Shown here in pieces: positions 54,367 through 64,000 of a DNA stretch of 64,000 nucleotides. Location of the stretch: contig OZ024751.1 in NCBI GenBank assembly GCA_964016885.1, forward strand, positions 35,402,001 to 35,466,000, in the 5' to 3' direction. The DNA is from Eledone cirrhosa. Lineage: Eukaryota. Within the stretch, counting starts at the first letter, position 1; every line of letters starts with the position of its first letter. A program made the translations under genes and the position numbers. The notes beneath the pieces were generated by a model. It saw nothing but the letters and a program-made list of their open reading frames with translations, was not told where the DNA came from and searched no databases.

Positions 54367-57300
54367 AGAGTGTATATGTGTGGATGTATGCATATAGATG
54401 TGAAACAGTTCTATACGAGCAAGACACCTGACCAATCTTGCCTCAAGTGGGACAAACCCGTCTAACCCATGCTAGTGTGGAAGATGGCCGTTAAACGATG
54501 ATGATGGTGATGATGATGATTTGCAAGTCATAATGAAAATGAAAACAATACTATCAGGCCAAGATGGAAGGGGAGATAAGGGTGTGAGAAGTGGATGAAA
54601 AAAGAAGTTATCAGATATACAATTGTAGAAGTCAAAAGTTATGTGACCAACATAAACAGGAGGCAACTTAGGAGTATCATGTGTATGTAGTCACTCAACT
54701 TGCTATAAATAGCAGCTAAATTGCCTTCAAACCACACCCTATACACTATTGACAATAATATTTTGCACTAACCTTTGAACAAATCACTCAAAAGATAAGA
54801 GCAGGACTATACTATAAAAGTAATATTGAGTTGAATATTGAAAGTATTCTATAATGAAAGTATTGTTCTTGAGGATCATTGTACTTCCTCATGTCTTACA
54901 ATCTTTTTTCATTATGTATGTAAAAGCATTGTGCAAAAGTAAGTGTGATTATATATATATAGGAAAAGGTTTAACCCCGACGGCAGAGCTCAAGCCGTTT
55001 CGACGGCTATTTCTGGACCAGAAATAGCAGTCGAAACGGCTTGAGCTCTGCCGTTGGGGTTAAACTTTTTCCTATTACCCACTCTACAATGACGATAGAT
55101 ATCGTGATTTCTTCAGACAGCAAAAATTAATTAAAAGATATATATATAGTATAAATAAAGTTTCATACATTTAACATGTATGTGCAACTATTGGTTTCGG
55201 GGTCCAGTTTTGTTCACTACTGTATAGTGGAGGGGGTTCTTCCAAACTGACCCCTTATTGGGCACTCAGGCAAATATATATATATATATATTTGATTCCT
55301 GATGATTTCTAAAGAATGAAACAGTTCTAGTCCTGTAGAATCTCATCTATATTAAAACTATATATATATATATATAGATGCTAGTGTGGAAAAATGGCCA
55401 TTAAATGACAGACATATATACTGATAGCAATGAATGTTTTATAATAACACATCATCAAATCTAGTAATGTACAATATTGTCTTTAAAGTACATTAGTTGT
55501 GCATCAGTTGCATCTTAACTGCAACAAGTGCAACGACCATCCTATAAAGGAATGAAATTTCAACTTGACATTCCAGAATGAAAGTATTTCAGGAACGGAT
55601 GTAATTTAAAAAAAATACAAATGTTCCTAATTTGTTAATGAAAGAATTTCCTTTCATCATCATCATCATCATCCTTCCAAATGTTAACCCCTTTTTTACC
55701 CTAATCTGACAACCCTTTTTTACCCCAATCTGACTTGAAACTGTACTTTGTACAATGGGATCGTTAATACGAAACTATTTATTTTAAAATCTTCTACTAT
55801 AGTTTTATACGAGATCAGTATAAGGGTTGAAATATGATGACAGTCAAAAGATGGAACCAGATTTTACCAATTGTGGTGCCTTGTTGTCATTATTTTAAAT
55901 TATTTGGTTCAAGGATTAAGCAGAAAGAATTTTCGAAATAAGAATCCAAAATGAAGAGAGAGGTAGGTAGAGGAATTTAAAAATCAGTAAAGAGGTAAAG
56001 GGGTGGTGGTGGAAACTAAAAATGAAAAAGCTCAAATTGTAAAAGAAAGAAGATTATAAGGAAGTGATGGTGTGTATTTCAGAATTCTGCTTGGACTTTT
56101 CATATCTCTATCTATCTATCTATCTATCTATATAGGAAAAGGTTCAGGACCCACTCTACTACCCAAAGTATTGAGTACTCTGGTGCATTATGGTCCACCT
56201 GGTTCCTTACCACACTTCCTTCGTTATATATATATTTATCAAATGTATATTCCGTCACTGATTATCACCTACCTGGGATAAACTACTGACGTGTAGTGCT
56301 TCAGATCGTTAAGACCTGCTTATCACCAGAAAGTTACAATGCAACAACTAAGATAAATGTGCAATTATGTATATACATACATATATATATATACACACAC
56401 ACAGGTCTGAACTCATTTTATTTGATGTTCTAATAATTGTCAAGTCACCTATACATATGCATGCACACACCATCATCACCGTTTTATGTCATTTTCGACA
56501 CTAGCATGGGTTAGACAAGTTGTCCTGTTGTGGGCATGGTTAGGTCAGGTGACTATGTCTTGCTCATACAGAACTGATCCTGGCTTGGAGTCTACAGCTG
56601 GATGATCTTCCTAATGCCAACCTCATTTACAGTGAGTACTGAGTGCTTTTTGTCATGACACCTACATGACCACATGAGAGGGTTGCAGGGGCTGAGTCCT
56701 CAAATATTCCTCCCAGTCAGTCTTGTTAGAAGCAACCATCTCCAACTGCTCCAGCTGGATCCCCAAGCGAGACAAGCCAAGTTCATAGATGTTATTCAAC
56801 CATCTTGTTCAGGGTCTACATGCTTATAGTATTGAAGCTGTGATCTTTCAATTTGGAGAAATAGCCGCTCTACTTGGAATGACTCTCTGATCTCCGAGCT
56901 ACGTACTTTATCGAGTAACGTTACTCCAAAGACTCTTCAGAGGAACCCCATTTTGGCCACTTGTATTCACAATCATATTACCCAAGATTCCTCACTATAA
57001 AAAGAAATCATTGTTATTAGATGGAATAAGAGGAAGACCTTCTTTTAGCTATAAAGTGTAGCCAAATCATACACTGCCAGTTCATTGTCTCCGAAACAAC
57101 AGCTAATATCTAAAAGAAAGAATTTTATTTTCAAAAGATAAAAGCAAAATTAAGAAATGAGAAAAAGGGGAAGGGGTAAGGAAGGGCAGATCTGGCTGTA
57201 TGGGGAAGGGGTAAAGAAGGGCAGATCTGGCTGTATGGGGAAGGACTGTGAAGGCACAAATGAGAGGGAAAGGAGGAGAAAAGCAATGAATCTAGGGCCA

Positions 57301-58451
57301 CAGAAAAAAGGAAGGTAGAAGGATGATGGGCTCTGGGCCTAGGGCGCAGCAGTGTTGTGGCTGTGCCCCGCAGACAAGGGCCAGCAACATCTACCCCACC
57401 TCGCAGAATATCTTATTGCAGACATCGACATATTACTACACAACTAATTTTAGCACAAAATCCCGCCAAATGACCAAACCCAACATGATGTTGCCTTCAC
57501 CTTTAAAAAACACATCAGACAACAGCGGCCCTTTTAGTTCTCGGTCAACCCTAAAGACTGCTACCTTTCCCTGGTCATTTGTGGCCAGTGAAGCAGAATA
57601 ACATTGGTCGAACTTTATTTGTTGCCTCTATTTTCCTCACTCACATCTTTAGCATCTCTCTCTCTCTCTTTCACATTTACATGGCCCCTAACCGGCAGGT
57701 TTTGCCCCTAAAATATGTTCAGCGATTCTTTCCGGAGACATTCTAACCATAAAATAAAAAAAATAAAAAAAAAAATAAAAAGAACCTTTGTTATGTTATG
57801 TTCCAAACACCATCTTAATAATGAGAAAGTTACATATATTATTAATCCCTCTAAAATCTCTATTATTTCCAAAATCATAGAATAGTATTTCAGTGTAGAA
57901 ATATGGTAAAGAGACGGCTAAAGTGTTTATATCTATTTAAAAACTTATTCTCATAATTTTACGCAAGAACCTTTGTCGAGTTATGTTCCAGAGAATATGT
58001 TAATAACGAAAAAGTTATTTATATTAGTAAATCCTCTGAAATTCTTCATTATTTTCAAAATCATTTGAAAGTCGTAGACGGTGTATTTCATTAGAATGTA
58101 TTGGAGAAGGAGCGTTAAGCTAAGTTCCTCCTCTTCTCAAAGACAATAAGCGACCTAAGAGAATTGGAAGTGTAGTTGGTGGTACAATGGGGGAATGTTA
58201 AACCAGTTACACAGTCGCAACTGGTCTAAGGTATGAGGTGGGGCTTCGTTACACCGCTACGATGCTTGGCGGCCTCGTTCGGTTGGCAATTAAGGAATCA
58301 TTAATTATTACCAAAATTACCGAAATGATTTCTTTAGAATTAATATAATTTCTAAAACAAGTTTCCTCAGACAAATATCAGCGATTTATTCTTCTCGTCG
58401 TTCTTTCAGTTAGAAGAAGTATATATAGACATCAGTCGGTGCTTGTTCTTG

Positions 58452-58497
<46 letters not shown>

Positions 58498-58584
58498 GTA
58501 TGGATATACATGTTCAGTTAAAACATTAAGAAATTATAAGAAATACCAGACAGATCAATAAATATGGAATGCAACAGGCAATAT

Positions 58585-58630
<46 letters not shown>

Positions 58631-58705
58631 TGACTAAAAGTTTATATGGTTCGTTGATTATTCAACGAATTCAATTTTACTATAGATAGACAGATAGTTA
58701 GATAG

Positions 58706-58743
<38 letters not shown>

Positions 58744-59212
58744 TTAGCAATTTAGACAAGATCGATACTTAATTAGAGTATAGGTGTTGTAAAGTTACAA
58801 CCCGGCGGCCGAGCTCTTGCCATTTCGAAGGCAAATAAATAACAGCAAGAGCTCAGCCAGTGTGCAGAAACTCTTTATAATATATATATATATATATATG
58901 TATGTATGTGTATGCATGCCTTGTGTAATATATGTATGCTTAAATACAATTATGTATTATGTACGACTTACCTGTGTTAATCAAAATGGAATGAAATAAT
59001 GGTGAACAGAGTAACTACGACAATCAGTCGAAATATATGGACAACACAGCACTTCTTTCTTCTTCCTTCCTCTCTGTTATCATCTATTTATCTCTTTCAT
59101 CTATTAACCTCTACCTATTCATCCATCTATCAATTTATCTCAAATATCAGTCTTTCTTTATGATATAAGCTGTTAAAAATACATTATGTATCACCCTATC
59201 TCTCACTACCGT

Positions 59213-59243
<31 letters not shown>

Positions 59244-60021
59244 GGAAATATATCTATATTTATTTATCTGTGTGCCTTTCTATCATGACTTGATTAGATA
59301 TTTTCAATTCATCTGTAGTTGGCCAAGCTGTAGCAAGGAATAACATAAAAGTCGTGTTATTTAAAATAACTAAGTGCTCTTCCTATTTCTGTTTTTACTT
59401 TCTTCATTCACGTATATATAGATATATATCTGATATTATATACACATGTATCTACACATCTATCCATATGTATAGTATGATATAAAACCGTTTTTTTTTT
59501 TTGGTGGGGGGCGGAGGATTAATAAAATATTATGTAAAATTAAGTGAAAGATATGCAACTAACAATCACAACTGGTTTATAGTTGGAAGTCCATTCAGTG
59601 CGGGACGATATAAAGAGTAGCTTATGACATTCACCTACAAACTAGAATTATTTCTATCTTCATCACTTCACCACAGCAAAATAAATAATATTCCTTAATT
59701 TTTTTTTGTTTCCCGGTTGTTCTGTTTTTTTAAAATGTACATTCAATATTTTCCCTTTTTCTTTTTAAACGTCTTCGCTCCGTTTCTGCGCTCAACCTGC
59801 ATTGTATGTATATATGTATATATAATGTGCGATGAATAATATTTAGATTCGATGCACATATATACTCTGTTAGTTATATGTATATACTCTACTAGTTATA
59901 TATATCTATACTATATATATGTATAGTAACGACTGATGTTGATAAGATAACAAGCACTCCAACCGTCAGTCACACACCGAACATAAAATACAAACTAATT
60001 TCTTCAGTTACTTGACTTCGC

Positions 60022-60107
60022 CTATATATATGTATGTATGTGTGTGTGTATATATATATACACACACACCACCACCACCACTCTCTCTCTCTATATATAT
60101 ATACACA

Positions 60108-60138
<31 letters not shown>

Positions 60139-60535
60139 CACACACACTCTCTCTCTATATATATATACACACACTCTCTCTCTATATATATATACACACG
60201 CACACTCTCTCTCTCTCTCTATATATATATACACACGCACACTCTCTCTCTCTCTCTATATATATATATCCCCTCTCTCTATATATATACATATTCTCCC
60301 CCCCTCTCTCTATATATATATTCCCCTCTCTTTCCATCTCTCTCGCTCTATATATATATACACATATTCTCTCTCTAGAAATATACACACACACTCTCTC
60401 TATACACATATATATTCTTCCCTCCTCTCTCTCTCTCTATATAAAGTAGGAGGTTAAAAGTATGTTATATGAGAATGGGAAAGGTGGGATTGCCATTATA
60501 ATATTCTCACTTTACAATTACTTTCACTCTTCTCC

Positions 60536-60592
<57 letters not shown>

Positions 60593-60643
60593 CACACACA
60601 CACACACACATACACATACGTCAGTATATATACTGTATATATA

Positions 60644-60704
<61 letters not shown>
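60022..60704. repeat. Compound (TA)n/(CA)n/(CT)n/(TACA)n microsatellite field
   Basis: Read directly. Confidence 0.9.
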
Positions 60705-60707
<3 letters not shown>

Positions 60708-60836
60708 GGAAAGTTATATTTAAATTATTGGGTTACAACTAGTAAATATTTATAACTGATATAAAAGCACTCAACAAGTATTTGGAGTATATTTACGATA
60801 TTAAATAAATGGAAACTATATTTATAAAACCATATT

Positions 60837-60902
60837 TATTTCATTATATATATTTCAGGGATATCATATTAACAATATGTTATGCCTTCTTCAGACAAAA
60901 TA
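60837..60902 (-). ncRNA. Type I hammerhead ribozyme candidate (inverted copy of 61054-61119)
   Basis: Reverse complement of the 61054-61119 motif in the left arm of the fold-back. Confidence 0.7.
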
Positions 60903-61053
60903 CAATATAGACAGTTTTATAGATAAATAGATTTGACATACCGTTCAACATCGACTTGTATTTGAAAAAATCACTGCCAAATCAACTTTTTCAAATACAA
61001 GTCGATGTTGAACGGTATGTCAAATCTATTTATCAATAAAACTGTCTATATTG

Positions 61054-61119
61054 TATTTTGTCTGAAGAAGGCATAACATATTGTTAATATGATATCCCTG
61101 AAATATATATAATGAAATA
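61054..61119 (+). ncRNA. Type I hammerhead ribozyme candidate
   Basis: TATTTTGT CTGAAGA AGGCATAACATATT-GTT-AATATGATATCCCT GAAA TATAT ATA|ATGAAATA. Confidence 0.7.
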
Positions 61120-61210
61120 AATATGGTTTTATAAATATAGTTTCCATTTATTTAATATCGTATATATATATATATATATGATATTATATTTGTAAAACTG
61201 TTATATATTG

Positions 61211-61275
61211 TATTTTGTCTGATGAAGGCATACCATAATTTAATTTGGTATCCCTGAAATATGTATAATGAAATA
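61211..61275 (+). ncRNA. Type I hammerhead ribozyme candidate
   Basis: Stem I TATTTTGT/ATGAAATA; CTGATGA; stem II AGGCATACCA...TGGTATCCCT; GAAA; short stem III; AUA cleavage triplet ending at 61267. Confidence 0.75.
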
Positions 61276-61403
61276 AATATGGTTTTATAAATATAGTTTC
61301 CATTTATTAATATCGTATATCTACTCCAAATACTTGTCGAGTGCTTTATATCAGTTATAAAAATATTTACTTGTTGTATCCCAACAATTTTAAATAGAAC
61401 TTT

Positions 61404-61495
<92 letters not shown>

Positions 61496-61597
61496 TTCAA
61501 AATATTAACAAAAATAGAACTATTTGTGATCAAGTATATTTTATTATAATAAAATATACTTGATCACAAGTAGTTCTATTTTTGTTAATATTTTGAA

Positions 61598-61654
<57 letters not shown>

Positions 61655-61658
<4 letters not shown>

Positions 61659-62325
61659 ATACTTTGGGAGGGTCATGTTGCCAATAAGAAACACACGCAC
61701 CATGCTTTCACTCCAATTAATTATAAATTAAAAAATTTATAAATTTCCGGTTGTTTGGTTGGTTCCACAACCGGATGGTTGTTCATATATTGTCAAAGTT
61801 TTTTCGTCACACATTCTGTGACCTCTTCAGTGACTGGGATTATTTTCTTTGTTTTGTGCCTCTCCTTTGTTCTGTCCTACGCCATCTTGTTTTTGTGTGT
61901 GTTGTGTGCTTAGTTTGCGCATGTGTTACATCCGGGTGTCTGTGTGTTTTTATTTGTTTATTTATTTGTTTATTTACATGTTACTGGTTGGTTGTTTGTT
62001 CTATGTGTGTGTATGTTTTCATTTTGTCCTTAATTGTAAGTTGTGATGTTGCTATTCCATTCATGTTTTCTATTTAATTTTGGTTGGAGTTCATTTATGT
62101 TTATTGCCTCTGTGATTTGTCTAAACATTGCGTCTTTTCTGTGTGTAGATTTTATTTTTATTTCTATGTTCTCTAATTTGCCCTTATGTTCTATTTTAGC
62201 ATGTTGGTGGAGTACTGATGACTCTTTTCTATCTTGAAGCTCTCGCCAGTGTTCATTTAATCGTTCTCCTATACTACGAGCTGTCTCACCTATGTACACT
62301 ATATTTTTATCTTTACATTGACAAT
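61655..62325 (-). mobile_element. Penelope-like retroelement 3' fragment (GIY-YIG endonuclease C-half plus hammerhead-bearing terminal region)
   Basis: Frame reads CQCKDKNIVYIGETARSIGERLNEH...SVLHQH...EH...RQITEAININELQPKLNR (YIGET-x-R, conserved E and N of GIY-YIG; CxC and HxxxxH zinc ligands); truncated upstream by a (GGT)n tract. Confidence 0.88.
61792..61834 (-). ncRNA. Minimal type I hammerhead candidate in Penelope 3' region
   Basis: Minus strand GTCA CTGAAGA G GTCACA-GAATG-TGTGAC GAAA AAAC TT|TGAC; extra G before stem II and non-palindromic loop III, so possibly decayed. Confidence 0.55.
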
Positions 62326-62692
62326 GTGGTGATGGTGGTGGTGGTGATGGTGGTGGTGATGGTGGTGATGGTGATGGTGGTGGTGGTGGTGATGGTGGTG
62401 TTGGTGATGGTTGTGGTGATGGTGGTGGTAATGGTGGTGATGGTGATGGTGGTGGTGGTGGTGGTGGTGATGATGGTGATGGTGGTGGTGATGATGGTGG
62501 TGGTGATGGTGGTGGTGATGGTGATGGTGGTGGTGGTGATGATGGTGATGGTGGTGGTGGTGGTGATGGTGGTGATGGTGGTGATGGTGGTGGTGGTGAT
62601 GATAATGGTGGTGATGGCAGTTGTCATCGTGATGTTGATGGTGGTGGTAGTGGTGGTGGTGGTGGTGGTCATGGGGATGATGATGGTGGTGA
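62326..62692. repeat. (GGT/GAT)n trinucleotide tract
   Basis: Imperfect trinucleotide repeat giving poly-His/Val/Thr pseudo-ORFs. Confidence 0.95.
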
Positions 62693-62914
62693 AGGAAGGG
62701 TTGTGTCCATGACACTTTCCGGGAAGTTTGAGCCTGGAGATAGAGACTTTTACAGAATATAACAAAGTAGGGTGAGGAGGTAGAAGGTGGGGCGAGAGGG
62801 TGAGGGGTGAGGGAGAGAGAGTAATAGAAGGAAGAGAGGAGAGGAGAGAGGAATAGAAGGAAGAGGGGGAGAGGAGAGAGAAGAATAGAAGGAAGAGAGG
62901 GAGAGGGAAGAGAG

Positions 62915-62950
<36 letters not shown>

Positions 62951-62998
62951 CTATGTAGAGGTTATATTTATAACGTCAGACAAGGCAATATATATATA

Positions 62999-63072
62999 TT
63001 GCCTTGTCTGACGAACGAATGAGGACGTTTCTTGTATTCGTCTTATTCGGGAAACCTCTGGTAATGAGGTAA
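62999..63072 (+). ncRNA. Type I hammerhead ribozyme candidate
   Basis: TTGCCTTGT CTGACGA ACGAATGAGGACG...CGTCTTATTCGG GAAA CC-TCT-G GTA|ATGAGGTAA; 9-bp stem I with wobbles, GUA triplet, A.G mismatch at the base of stem II. Confidence 0.7.
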
Positions 63073-63586
63073 TTATATTGCATTGTTTATTATACATTAA
63101 ATTATATATATATATATTATATATATTTATTAAAATAACAGATTAAAGTTTAAGCAAAGAATCGCTGCTTTCACCCTTAACGGGATCTTTGCTTAAACTT
63201 TAATCTGTTATTTTAACGGTTCTTATATATTTGATATATATTTATCCTTATCGAGCCCTCTTTGGATTTTAGTCTTTAAATTTATTATTATTACTATATA
63301 TTATATATATATTATATATATATATATATTATATATATATTATATATATATATATAAGCTAATATCTTCAAACTTTGAGCAGTCAGTGTATGTAAAAGAC
63401 TTTGTTTATTTGTTCCTATTAACAAAATACGTGTGCACTGATTATATAATAAACATAATTATAAATTACTGCAACAGTTTGAACACCTAACCTTTATTGT
63501 ACGCAATCATTTCTTAATGAGTTTGGTCTCAAAATATTTGTCTACCTACACACATAGTTTAGATGGAACAGTTATGAACCAGCATT

Positions 63587-63963
63587 ATGTGGGATGGCAG
63601 TATCGGTAGAGGGTCTGACGCTATGCTTTTCAGCAAAGAGTTACGCCCCTTAATGGTTTGCGTTCAAATCCCGCCGAGGTTAACTTTGCCTTTCATCCTT
63701 ACGGGGTCGATAAAATAAAGTACCAGTAATGTATTGGGTTATTGCTGGCCTTGTGCCTAAAGTAGAAACAATTATGTGGGATGGCAGTATCGGTAGAGCG
63801 TCAGATGCCATATTTTGCAGCATAGAGTTACGGTCCTTTATGATCTGAGTTCAAATCCCGCCGAGGTTAACTTTGCCTTTCATCCTTACGGGGTCGATAA
63901 AATAAAGTACCAGTAATACACTAGCATAATTGCTGGCCTTGTGCCAAAAGCAGAAACAGTTAT
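63587..63963 (+). mobile_element. Head-to-tail dimer of a tRNA-derived SINE
   Basis: A-box TGGCAGTATCGG, B-box GTTCAAATCC, conserved body GCCTTTCATCCTTACGGGGTCGATAAAATAAAGTACCAG; units start near 63587 and 63774. Confidence 0.8.
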
Positions 63964-64000
63964 TGATAGATGAACCAAAACAGAAACGGTTCTGTATGAG

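Larger units (their letters stand above)
60706..61410. mobile_element. Non-coding fold-back element with three hammerheads (Penelope pseudo-LTR or retrozyme-like)
   Basis: Left arm about 60706-60969; inverted arm about 60987-61161 followed by a second diverged inverted copy about 61190-61408; bounded by (TA)n. Confidence 0.7.

Noticed and set aside
58972-59070. Possible non-coding first exon of PGPEP1 (minus strand ACACAG|GTAAGT)
   Set aside because: A good donor alone is insufficient without transcript data.
62218-62765. Poly-His/Val/Thr ORFs
   Set aside because: Translations of a (GGT/GAT)n microsatellite.
63587-63963. tRNA genes
   Set aside because: A and B boxes are present but there is no cloverleaf, and they are followed by a multicopy SINE body.

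Overview
AT-rich, intron-containing animal DNA dense in microsatellites and repeats. The SINE/MITE types and protein sequences suggest a mollusc, probably an octopus; this is inference, not a database result. Four spliced protein genes can be built by hand with GT-AG introns and consistent phases: SHOC2/soc-2 (minus, 17 coding exons, 9125-29912, 692 aa); two RPL32 copies in tail-to-tail inverted orientation (35826-37320 plus; 38200-39298 minus) encoding the same 133-aa protein from diverged TOP/TCT first exons; and pyroglutamyl-peptidase I (minus, 47466-52505, 197 aa). Most long ORFs in the supplied track are micro- or minisatellite artefacts. Highlights: (1) five type-I hammerhead ribozyme candidates at 60.8-63.1 kb, three in a non-coding fold-back element and one behind a Penelope-type GIY-YIG endonuclease fragment; (2) the RPL32 pair shows a patchwork of identity suggesting gene conversion, plus a Merlin-like MITE whose empty site survives in the other copy; (3) a 2.8-kb 24-bp minisatellite in SHOC2 intron 15 whose sense strand repeats a U1-like sequence complementary to the adjacent donor; (4) an array of about 12 conserved-stem, variable-loop hairpins downstream of the SHOC2 stop; (5) six clustered RFX X-box-like motifs; (6) many (TA)n-associated fold-back palindromes.
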